DNA of 64,000 nt. Source: Eledone cirrhosa (taxonomy: Eukaryota). Below the pieces are notes generated by a model, which saw only the letters and a program-made list of their open reading frames with translations, was not told the DNA's origin and did no database searches. The stretch's first letter is position 1; the number at the start of each line of letters is the position of its first letter. Made by a program: the position numbers and the translations under genes. Below, piece by piece: positions 53,301 through 64,000 of the stretch. The stretch spans positions 31,868,001-31,932,000 of the forward strand of contig OZ024760.1 in NCBI GenBank assembly GCA_964016885.1, given 5' to 3'.

Positions 53301-53435
53301 TAGTTGTGGTCTTGTTGTTGGTGTTGGTGATAGTTGTGGTGTTGTTGTTGGTGTTGGTGATAGTTGTGGTATTGTTGTTGGTGTTGGTGATAGTTGTGGT
53401 TTTGTTGTTGGTGTTGGTGGTGGTGTGATGGTGGT
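32400..53435. repeat. ~21-kb G/T-rich minisatellite, 27-36-bp unit GGTGGTGATGGTTGTGATAGTTGTGGT(GTT)n, with kb-scale internal duplications
   Basis: Read directly; all V/L/M-rich and GGDGCDSCG ORFs are its frames. Confidence 0.98.
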
Positions 53436-53571
53436 TGATCATTTTATGTAAGAACCATTTGTGAGGTTTCTATCTTGGTAATGAAATAATTAATAATTTT
53501 AGTAAATCCCTTGAAATTCTTCATTATTTAATTAAAATGAAACTGTTTCATTAAAAATCTAGTCACAAAAG

Positions 53572-54317
53572 GGTCAGATTATCTTCTTGTGAATGTGATC
53601 TGGGCATTACGGTCAGCAGCGATTTGCGTTGGACGAAGCACGTCTCTAAAATTGTCAAGAGGGCCGAGGGTTTCTTAGCATCACCCAGCAAGACCTTTGT
53701 CAGCCGCTCTCCAGATATCTATTTAAGGCTGTACATGGCTATGGTGCGACCACACTTAGAATTTGCATCACCAGTCTGGAACCCCTATCTTGCTCAGAAC
53801 ATTGACCGCCTGGAAACTGTTCAGAGATGTGCAACCAAGCGAATACCCTCCATCAGGCATCTACCATACTCTGAGTGCCTTGCTTCCCTGGGCATGGATA
53901 CATTGAAGCTCCGACGCCTGGCAACTGACTTGGTAAACACCCACAAAATTGTTAACCATGTTGCCAACAACAACCCTGAGTACCTTTTTGATTTCCATGT
54001 GTCTAACACACGTGGACATGCCCACAAAGTAAGAAAACAGTACAGTTCCCATGACTTTCGGAAACATTTTTACACGCTCAGAGTTGCTGAAGCATGGAAC
54101 AAACTACCTGCATCAGTTGTTGGCTGTCGAGACACTGCATCCTTTAAGGCCTCCATGCTTCCCGAGATCTGCCAACACTACAGCTAACACATACACACAT
54201 GTCCTTCCCTGACATTTATGTATTATTCTATGTACTATACATACACCTTTGACGAGTTGTAGTGCACCTGAGCACTTTACACAATAATTTCATTATTATT
54301 ATTATTATTATTATTAT
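53572..54317 (+). mobile_element. 3' end of a CR1-group LINE (C-terminal conserved region, 3' UTR, (ATT)n tail)
   Basis: DLGITVSSDLRW..H, LY..MVRPHLEFASPVWNP, LETVQR.AT, TRGH, R.HF...RV...WNKLP, then GTAGTGCACCTGAGCAC...(ATT)n. Confidence 0.9.
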
Positions 54318-54882
54318 TTGGCGGTACAATATATGTGTGTAGAAGGGTTGAATTTGTTGGGGAGTACAACATATGTCAGTAGAAGGGTTGAATTTGTTGG
54401 GGAGTACAACATATGTCAGTAGAAGTGTTGATTTTGTTGGGGAGTACATACATATCTCAATAGAAGGGTTGAATTTGTTGGGGAGTACAACATATGTCAG
54501 TAGAAGGGTTGAATTTGTTGGGGAGTATAACATATGCCAGTAGAAGGGTTGAATTAGTTGGGGAGTACAACATATGTCAGTGGAAGGGTTGAATTAGTTG
54601 GGGAGTACAACATTTGTCAGTAGAAGGGTTGAATTAGTTGGGGAGTACAACATATGTCAGTAGAAGGCTTGAATTTGTTGGGGAGTACAATATATGTGTG
54701 TAGAAGGGTTGAATTAGTTGGGGAGTACAATATATGTCAGTAGAAGGGTTGAATTAGTTGGGGAGTACAACATATGTCAGTAGAAGGCTTGAATTAGTTG
54801 GGGAGTACAACATATGTCAGTAGAAGGGTTGAATTAGTTGGGAGTACAATATATGTCAGTAGAAGTGTTGAATTTGTTGGGA
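54318..54882. repeat. 40-bp minisatellite (AGAAGGGTTGAATT(T/A)GTTGGGGAGTACAACATATGTCAGT)n, ~14 copies
   Basis: Read directly. Confidence 0.95.
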
Positions 54883-55260
54883 ATGTCAAGCAAAAGAGAT
54901 GGGTTTCACAACAAACTATCAAGAATGCAAGGTCACCAACATTCTTGTGTTAATTTAATCAGAGTCAAACGATTTATTCACTGATGACAGATTGATTAAA
55001 AATAAGTCTGAGACTCCAAAAAGGTATAAGGGCCGAGACTGAATTAATTGTTTTTCATTTGTTGTAGAGATGGAAACAAATTGAAACTCAACTAAACATT
55101 TTAAATTTAAATTCAAATTTAAATTGATGGAGGTGGGGTGGTAACTAAAATCACATCCAATATATGACTGGTAATATGTGGAAAGTAATATATGTGTGTG
55201 TGTGTATGTATAAATATGTGGAAAGTAAGCAACAAAAACACAACAGACATTGAAGTACAA

Positions 55261-55375
55261 TCATCATCATTATCATCATCATTTAACGTCTATTTTCCAT
55301 GCTAGTATGGGTTAGACGGGTTTGTCCCATTAGAGGCAAGTTGGGTCAGGTGACTGTGTCTCGCTCATATAGGAC
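55261..55375 (-). mobile_element. Decayed LINE A-type 3' tail
   Basis: (CAT)n TTTAACGTCTATTTTCCATGCTAGTATGGGTTAGACGGG. Confidence 0.7.
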
Positions 55376-55420
55376 TTTTATATGAGATATATATTAGTTT
55401 CACGCTTGATATAGTAGGAA

Positions 55421-55460
55421 AAGTGTTAATGTTTTGGACACAGGTCCTTCATCAGAATAT
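55421..55460 (-). ncRNA. Decayed hammerhead core (GAAA to AAAA), same family as 21368
   Basis: AUAUU CUGAUGA A GGAC CUGU GUCC AAAA CAU UA ACAC; stem II intact. Confidence 0.4.
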
Positions 55461-55680
55461 AGAATCAGAAAGTAAAGAGGAAATAGAAAGAGAGAGGAGA
55501 GTGAGCAAGGGTAGAATCGAAATTCCTTTGAGAAACATCAAGTCTGTTCAGTTGACCATCTCATATACACAAAACTGTTGACTTAAGAATCAATGGGGAT
55601 ATTTTTAGAATGTATTGTAGTTGACCCAACAGAAATGACTTTAAATGGCCACAAAATGACCATGTGTGTGTGTGTGCATG

Positions 55681-55754
<74 letters not shown>

Positions 55755-55828
55755 TATATATGTGTGTGTATGTATGTGTATATATATATATGTGTGTGTG
55801 TGTGTATATGTATGTGTGTGTGTGTATG

Positions 55829-58674
55829 TCATCATCATCATCATCATCATCATTTTACGTCCGCTTTTCCCTGCTTGCAAGGGTGGGACGGGTCTTATTC
55901 AGCACAGCATCTCTCCACTCGTCACGGTCCCTCGTCATCTCCACCGTGAGCTTCAATGATCTGAGGTCTGTTCTCACCACCTCCGCCCATGTTTTTCGTG
56001 GTCTACCTCTACCACGTCTTCCTTCAACTGGCATTTCCTGGCACTTCTTCACCCATCGGTCATCCTCCATGCGCATCACATGTCCATACCACCTCAGTCT
56101 CCTCTCCCGTACACTACATTCTATCCCTCTCAGACACAGTTTCTCTCTCAACACATTTATGCTGGGTCGTTCACGCACATTTACACTGCACATCCAACGG
56201 AGCATGCTTGCCTCATTCTCTCCAGCCGTCGCATATCTTCTGCGGTTGCTGCCCATGTCTCACTACCATGCAGCATCGCGCTCCTCACACAGGCATCATA
56301 CAACCGGCCTTTCGTACGCAGGGAGAAACCCTTCTTCGTCAACAGAGGAAGCAGCTCCCTAAACTTCTTCCAACCCGTCCTTATTCTAGATACTATGGCC
56401 TCGGAACACCCTCCTCCCATGCTAATCTGATCTCCTAGGTACCGGAAGCTATCCACCACTTCTATAGCGCCCTCTCGCATTTGAAAAATGTGTCTATCAG
56501 TGCGACTTCTACTGTCTAATTTCCCTGTACATCTACTGCATACATATTTCTCCCTACCTGTTAGTTTGCCTGCTATCCCGCTACATCTCTTGTGTACCCA
56601 GGACCTACATTGTGTGCATTTTATAGAATATATGCCAGTTCCTTTTCTGCATATCGAACATGGCCATTTCCCTGACGGAATCAGGGTTTTGTCCTCTTTT
56701 CTACTCATCAACACTTTTGTCTTAGCTAGATTTACTCTCAGTCCTCTTGCTTCCAACTGCTGTTTCCATAGCCGGAATTTATTCTCTAGCTCCTCTACTG
56801 ATTCTGCCATAAGAGCCAGATCGTCAGCATAGAGAAGTTCCCATGGACAGCCAGTCTTAAACTCCTCTGTTATGGCTTGGAGGACTATAATAAACAAGAG
56901 TGGGCTGAGGACCGAACCCTGATGTACTCCTACTTGTATCTGGAATTCCTCACTAAACTCCATTCCTACCCTGACTTTACTGAGAGTACCTCTGTACAAA
57001 GTTTGCACTGTCCTTACAAGCCATTCCTCAACACCCAGCTTCCTAAGGGACCACCAGATGACAGATCGGGGTACCCTATCAAAGGCCTTCTCTAGGTCAA
57101 CAAAGGCTAAGTATAGTGGCTTATTTTTCTCTAAGAACCTCTCTTGCATTTGTCTCACCAAGAAGAGGGCATCTGTTGTACTCTTCCCAGGCACAAAACC
57201 AAACTGCATCTCATCTAGTTTGACCCTTTCTCTAATTAGTTGTGCTAAAATCCTTTCTGCCACTTTCATAACCTGATCTATCAGTTTTATACCCCTATAA
57301 TTGCTCCTCTCCAAAGCATCCCCTTTACCTTTGTAGCAATTTATGAGAATACTGCTGCACCAGTCTTTGGGTATGACACCACCATATATAGCCTGATTGA
57401 TTATGCGTGCAACCAGTTTAGTGCCTACGTCCCCTGATGCCTTCAGCATCTCAGCAACTATTCCCGATGGTCCGGCCGCCTTACCATTTTTCATTTCCCT
57501 AATCGCCTCTTGGACCCTATATTCGTCAATCTCAATAGCTGGTCCCTCTGTCGGATCTACCAAGGGTAATTTCTCTCTCTCCCATTCGTTCTCCACATTC
57601 ATCAGTCTCTCATAATGACATTTCCAGGCCTCCTTTTTCTGGTCATTCGTGACACTAAGTACACCGGCATCATCCCGGACACATTTATCACCAACAACAT
57701 CCTGATTTGCATTGACACACTGCCTTGCAATGTGGAACACCGCACGCCTCTGATCTTCCCGTCGCAGAACATTGGCAAACCTCCTACTCTCTGCCTCCCT
57801 GCGTGCTAAGTACACCTGACGTCTAGCTTCTCTCTTAGTGGCTGTATATTCTTCCCTACTCCCACCCTTTTTTCCAAGCCTTCCATGCTAGTCTTTTGTC
57901 TCTAATAGCCTTATCTACACTGCTGTTCCACCACCAGGTCACTCTCTGTCTGGTTGGAGCTCTGCTCCAGCCACAGGTTTCATCAGTAGCCTTCAGCAAG
58001 TTGTCACGTAAGAACTTCCAGTTATTATCTATGTCATACGTCTCTAAATCGTCTTCTTTTTTGTCATATACATCTTGAAGGGCTTTCCTAAATTTGAATT
58101 TTAGTGAAAGGTCTTTTAGCTTCCAGACCTTTCTTCTCCACACCTTCCTATATGTCTCATTCCATCTCTTGCTTACTGAGATATCACTAACAACTAACCT
58201 ATGCTGTGGGGTACATTCTTCCCCAGGGTATGCCTTGGTATTAGACACTATCTGCCTGTCCCGCTGCCTAACTAGCAGGAAGTCAATCTGGCTTATGTGC
58301 TCACCAGATTTGTAGGTTATTAGGTGATTGGCAGGTTTCTGGAAGTTTGTGTTGCAAATAGTCAATGTACTTGCATCACAAAATTCAAGAAGTCTCACTC
58401 CTTCTTCATTTCTTGAACCGTAACCGTGCCCACCATGTACCCCAGTGTAACCATCCTGGAGCTGTCCAACATGACCTTTGAAGTCTCCTGCTAGCATAAC
58501 GATGTCTCCGTCCTCTGTCATTGCGGTTGTTTGCAAAAGTTGCTCATAAAAGCAGTCTTTCTCATCTTTGCCTAGGCCTGCTTGGGGAGCATAGACCGAG
58601 ATGATTGTCAGTAGTCTCCTACCTACAACTAATCTAAGCTTAATTATTCGATTACTAACTCGAACTACCTCTAT
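55829..58674 (-). mobile_element. RTE-clade LINE B copy 2 (longest): partial APE endonuclease, RT, PHD and thumb; 5'-truncated, two frameshifts
   Basis: ORFs 57856-58674 (ISVYAP, GDF, SQIDF, HRLVV), 56181-57815 (KGKGD..NYRGI, DLEKAFD, GVHQGSVLSP, YADD, FRYLG) and 55855-56256; (CAT)n tail at 55829-55853. Confidence 0.97.
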
Positions 58675-58709
58675 GTGTGTGTATATATATATATATGTGT
58701 GTGTGTGTG

Positions 58710-58756
<47 letters not shown>

Positions 58757-58937
58757 GTGTGGGTGTATGTGTGTGCATATATATATATATGTGTATATGT
58801 GTGTATGTATATATATATATATATATGTGTGTGTATGTATATATATATATGTGTGTGTGTGCATATATATATATGTGTGTGTCTGTGTATGTAAATATAT
58901 ATATGTGTGTGTGTGTGCATGTATATATATATGTGCA

Positions 58938-59036
<99 letters not shown>

Positions 59037-59309
59037 ATATATATATGTGTGTGTATGTGTGTGCATATATATATGTGTATGTGTGTATATGTATATATAT
59101 GTGTGTGTGTGTGCATGTATATATATATATATGTGTGTGTGTGTATGTCTATATATATATATGTGTGTGTGTATATATATGTATATGTGTATATGTGTGT
59201 ATGTATATATATATATATGTGTGTGTGTGCATGTATATATATATATGTGTGTGTCTGTGTATGTAAATATATCTATGTGTGTGTGTGTGCATGTATATAT
59301 ATATGTGCA

Positions 59310-59354
<45 letters not shown>

Positions 59355-59383
59355 ATATATATGTGTGTGTGTGTATGTGTGTG

Positions 59384-59418
<35 letters not shown>

Positions 59419-59497
59419 ATATATATGTGTGTGTATGTGTGTGCATATATATATGTGTATGTGTGTGTATGTATATATATATATATGTGTGTGTGTT

Positions 59498-59592
<95 letters not shown>

Positions 59593-59667
59593 GTGTGTCT
59601 GTATGTGTGTGTATATATATATATGTGTATGTATATAAATATATGTGTGTGTGTGTGTGTGTGCATG

Positions 59668-59699
<32 letters not shown>

Positions 59700-59703
59700 C
59701 ATG

Positions 59704-59735
<32 letters not shown>

Positions 59736-59826
59736 CATGTATATATATATATATATGTGTTTTGTGTGTGTATATATATATATATATAAGTGTGTGTGCA
59801 TGTATATATATATATATATGTGTGTG

Positions 59827-59864
<38 letters not shown>

Positions 59865-59903
59865 CATGTATATATATGTGTGTGTGCATATATATATATA
59901 TAT
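58675..59903. repeat. Compound (TA)n/(TG)n microsatellite
   Basis: Read directly. Confidence 0.95.
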
Positions 59904-59968
59904 CTCAGTCATTTTGAATTCGTGTTTGGCGGAGGCCACTTCAGAAAATAATCTGTCCTAGCGAGTTT

Positions 59969-60047
59969 GTCCCCTGAAGAGTTCGAAACTCGAGATCTAT
60001 CCTTAATAAGATATCTCAAAATGAGAATGAAACCCATGGGTCGGGAT
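59969..60047 (+). ncRNA. Type I hammerhead ribozyme (HHR-4), GUC cleavage site, extended stem II
   Basis: GUCCC / CUGAAGA / GUUC...GAAU / GAAA / palindromic CCCAUGGG / UC / GGGAU. Confidence 0.8.
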
Positions 60048-60342
60048 TTAGGGATTTAATCCTGGTATGTATATAAGCATTTCTAACTTTAATTTTATAC
60101 CTAATTGTGTATGGTTGACCGTATATCTAATTAATTTCCACGTGCTGTTGAAATGTTGGGTTAATATTCTATAGCGGTTGGGCGCGAAGACGCTGCTATC
60201 GTTATTTACTGTTTCGTCATAGGTGCTTTTTAATCTCATAGCCTGGTCTAATTGATTTTTTGTGTGGTTAATTATGCTAATTGGGAGAAGAAATGATGTA
60301 TATATATTATCAAATGATTCTATGGACATGCTTTACTTTATA

Positions 60343-60378
<36 letters not shown>

Positions 60379-60382
<4 letters not shown>

Positions 60383-60434
60383 TCTTTTACTCTTTTACCT
60401 GTTTCAGCCATCCGGCTGAGGCCATGCTGGGGCA
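60379..60434 (-). mobile_element. Short 3' SINE remnant (same as 16053-16100)
   Basis: ACTCTTTTACTCTTTTACCTGTTTCAGCCATCCGGCTGAGGCCATGCTGGGG. Confidence 0.7.
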
Positions 60435-60538
60435 TATATATATATGAAGTAATTCCGTCAGAAAAGTCCAGGAAAAAAGAGTGCTCTATGTAGGTAACAG
60501 AGCTTAATAGTTATGTAATAAACAACATAAGGCAATTA

Positions 60539-60598
60539 TTCCATTTACCAGTGGTTTCTTAAAAGCAAAAGATTTTGCTTTCAATCCTCAGAATGAAA
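60539..60598 (-). ncRNA. Type I hammerhead ribozyme (HHR-5), GUA cleavage site
   Basis: Minus strand: UUUCAUU / CUGAGGA / UUGAAAGCAAAA-UC-UUUUGCUUUUAA / GAAA / CCACUGG / UA / AAUGGAA. Confidence 0.82.
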
Positions 60599-60682
60599 AA
60601 ATCCTGGTCTGTTTATTGAATTTGGATTTTTAAAAACAAAAATATATATATATGTGTGTGTGTGTGTGTATGTATATATATA

Positions 60683-62633
60683 CACGCAGGGAGGTGGAGA
60701 GTAGGAGGTTTGCCAATGTTCTGCGACGGGAAGATCAGAGGCGTGCAGTGTTCCACATTGCAAGGTAGTGTGTCAATGCAAATCAGGATGTTGTTGGAGA
60801 TAAATGTGTCCGGGATTGTGCCGGTGTACTTAGTGTCACGAATGATTAGAAAAAGGAGGCCTGGAAATGTCATTATGAGAGACTTATGAATGTAGAGAAT
60901 GAATGGGAGAGAGATTAATTACCCCCAGTAAATCCGACAGAGGGATCAGCTATTGAGATTGACGAATATAGGGTACAAGAGGCAATTAATGAAATGAAAA
61001 ATGGTAAGGCTGCTGGACTGTCGGGGATAGTTGCTGAAATACTGAAGGCATCAGGAGAAGTAGGCACTAAACTAGTTGCACGCACCATTAATCAAGCTAT
61101 ATATGGTGGTGTCATACCCAAAGACTGGTGCAGCAGTATTCTCATAAATTGCTACAAAGGTAAAGGGGATGCTCTAGAGAGGAGCAATTATAGGGGCATA
61201 AAGCTGATGGATCAGGTTATGAAAGTGGTAGAGAGAATATTAACGCAACTGATTAGAGAAAGGGTCAATTTAGATGAGATGCAGTTTAGTTTTGTGCCTC
61301 GGAAAAGTACAACAGATGCCCTCTTCTTAGAGAGGTTCTTAGAGAAGAATAAGCCACTATACTTAGCTTTTTTTGACCTAGAGAAGGCCTTTGATAGGGT
61401 ACTCCGATCTGTCATCTGGTGTTCCCTAAGGAAACTAGTTGTAGAGGAATGGCTTGTGAGGACAGTGCAAGCTATGTACAGGGGTGCTGTCACTAAAGTG
61501 AGAATAGGAATGGAGTTTAGTGAGGAATTCCAGATACAAGTAGGAGTACATCAAGGTTCGGTCCTCAACCCACTCTTGTTCATTATAGTCCTCCAAGCCA
61601 TAACAGAGGAGTCTAAGACTAGCTGCCCATGGGAACTTCTCTATGCTGATGATCTGGTTCTTATAGCAGAATCAGTAGAGGAGCTAGAGAATAAATTCTG
61701 GCTATGGAAATAGCAGTTGGAATCAAGAGGCCTGAGAGTGAACATAGCTAAAACAAAAATGTTGATAAGTAGAAGAGAGGACAAAACTCTGATTCCATCA
61801 GGGAAATGGCCATGTTTGATATGTAGGAAAGGAACTGGCATAAATTCCGTAAAATGTACGTAATGCAGATCTTGGGTACACAAGAGATGTAGTGGGATAG
61901 CAGGCAAACTAATAGGTAGGGAAAACTACGTATGCAGTACATGTACAGGGAAAGTTGGCAGTAGTAATCGCTGTGATAGACTCATTTTTCCAATGCAGGT
62001 GGGTTCTATAGAAGTGGTTGTTAGCTTCCGGTACCTAGGCGATCAGATTAGCATAGGGGAGGGGGGGGGGGGTTCCGGGGCCATAGTATCTAGAATAAGG
62101 ACGGGTAGGAAGAAGTTTAGGGAACTGCTTCCTCTGTTGACAAAGAAGGGTTTCTCCCTGCATATGAAAGGATGGTTATATGATGCCTGTGTGAGATGCG
62201 CGATGCTGCATGGTAGTGAGACATGGGCAGCAACTGTTGAAGATATGTGACGGCTGGAGAGAAATGAGGCAAGCATGCTCTGTTGGATGTGCAATGTCAA
62301 TGTGCGTGAATGACCAAGCATAGACAAGTTGAGAAAGAAACTGGGTATAAGAGGGATAAGTTGTGGTGTGCAGGCGAGAAGGCTGAGATGGTGTGGACAT
62401 GTGATGCACATGGAGGATGACCGATGGGTGAAGCAGTGCTAGGAAGTCCAAGTGGAGGGAAGACGCAGTAGAGGTAGACCACAAAAACATGGGCAGAGGT
62501 GGTGAGAGCAGACCTCAGATTGCTGAAGCTCACGAGGGAGATGACGAAGGACCGTGACAAGTGGAGAGATGCTGTGCTGAATAAGACCCGTCCCACCTTT
62601 GCAAGCAGGGAAAAGCGGACGTAAAATGATGAT
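60683..62633 (+). mobile_element. RTE-clade LINE B copy 3, 5'-truncated and heavily decayed
   Basis: ORF 60994-61713 with DLEKAFD, GVHQGSVL, YADD; many stops; same 3' end CCCGTCCCACCTTTGCAAGCAGGGAAAAGCGGACGTAAAATGATGAT. Confidence 0.96.
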
Positions 62634-63015
62634 ATACACACACACATATATATATACACAGCTAATCTACATATATACACATGCTTACATAATCTAGGAG
62701 ATATGTGTTGATATACAAACACATTATTTAAGGCAAAATAGCAGAGGAGGTGGGGAGGGGGGCAGAGAGACAGAGAGAAAGACAAAGAGAGAGAGAGTTA
62801 TGATAAATGTGGAAGGAAAGAGACAGACAAAGAGAGAGAGTGGGAGAGAGAGAGAGAAAGAGAGAGAGAAAGAGGTGGGGTGAGGACTAGAAGTGAGAAT
62901 GTGTGTGGGGGGTCTAACCCCCCCTCATGGTACCTGACTTATCTTGTAACAAACAACCTACCCCCCCTATATATTTTATCCTGATACTGAACATATTTTA
63001 AGTTTGATGTCCTTA

Positions 63016-63305
63016 CCAACACACCACCATCACCACCACCACACCACCATCACCACCACCACCACCACCACCAACACACCACCACCATCACCACCAGCAC
63101 CACCACCACACCACCACCATCACCACCACCACCACCACCACACCACCACCATCACCACCACCACCACCACCACACCACCAGTGGTAGTAGTGGTAGTAGT
63201 AGTAGTGTAGTAGTAGTAGTAGTGGTAGTAGTAGTAGTAGTGGTAGTAGTAGTGGTGGTAGTAGTGGTGGTGATAGTAGTAGTGGTAGTAGTAGTGGTGG
63301 TAGTG
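63016..63305. repeat. (CAC)n tract abutting a (GTA/GTG)n tract
   Basis: Read directly; composition switches at ~63180. Confidence 0.9.
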
Positions 63306-63776
63306 TACAGCTGAGGACCCAGATTTCTATGAATTTAAAGCCTGGCAGTCTTCCAGAAAAAACACACGCAGACACACACATATATACATACATACTCACA
63401 TACGCACACACACTCACACATACACACACACATATGCACACACATACCCATACATACAGATTGAGACCTAGATACACATGTTACTCCAAAGACCCTTCAG
63501 AGGAACCCCATTCTAACCCCATTCTAACCATAGTATCGGAGCTGTGACCTCTCAATTCGGAGAAGTAGTGGTTCTACCTGGAGCGACTGTCTTGTCTCCA
63601 AGCTACACACTCAAGTAACGTTACTCCAAGGACCCCATTTTGTCCACTTGTATTCGCGATCGTATTCTTTTGGTCATTACTGAGAAATTACCAGCTTAAT
63701 GTGAATTAGGCCACCACTCAATATGGTAAGAGCTAACAAGAAAAATCATACTACATTGTCCTTTGTGTGGGTTAAT

Positions 63777-64000
63777 CAGGGACACATTCAGGTCTTAGGT
63801 AGACAAGGGCTGGGCGAAACATTCAGGGACACGTTCAGGTCTTAGGTAGACGAGGGCTGGTCGAAACATTCAGGGACACATTCAGGTCTTAGGTAAACGA
63901 GGGCTGGTCGAAACATTCAGGGACACATTCAGGTCTTAGGTAGACGAGGGCTGGTCGAAACATTCAGGGACACATTCAGGTCTTAGGTAGACAAGGGCTG
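63777..64000. repeat. 47-bp tandem repeat (CAGGGACACATTCAGGTCTTAGGTAGACGAGGGCTGGTCGAAACATT)n; runs off the window end
   Basis: CAGGGAC at 63777, 63824, 63871, 63918 and 63965. Confidence 0.95.

Noticed and set aside
54981-55015. CUGAUGA followed by a CAGAUU/AGUCUG stem
   Set aside because: No GAAA after the stem, so not a hammerhead.
55829-58674. Active autonomous LINE
   Set aside because: 5'-truncated inside the endonuclease, GDFN changed to GDFK, and two frameshifts.
63777-64000. Hammerhead-like string UAGACGA...GAAACAUUC in the 47-bp repeat
   Set aside because: C3 and U4 of the core are missing and stems I/II do not pair convincingly.

Overview
Eukaryotic, gene-poor and extremely repeat-rich DNA. 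The mix of (TA)n/(CA)n microsatellites, tRNA-derived SINEs and RTE/CR1 LINEs is most consistent with a coleoid cephalopod such as Octopus (inference). About 55% of the window is long tandem arrays (12-, 14/16-, 40-, 47-, 60-, ~76- and 30-36-bp units; the last spans 21 kb). Nearly all long ORFs in the ORF track are translations of these repeats and are not genes. Real protein-coding sequence is limited to decayed non-LTR retrotransposons: three copies of one RTE-clade LINE with a PHD finger inserted inside its reverse transcriptase, other RTE 3' fragments (one ending in three C2H2 fingers), and a CR1-type 3' end. The main signal the ORF track misses is a set of type I hammerhead ribozymes: five well-formed and several decayed, in short non-coding islands between (TA)n tracts, some with inverted or direct repeats typical of Penelope-like elements/retrozymes. 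Also seen: a SINE whose 3' end is stitched from two different LINEs both present here, a ~2-kb inverted LINE pair, a (TTAGGG)n insert inside a minisatellite, and a few candidate micro-exons of an unidentified host gene.
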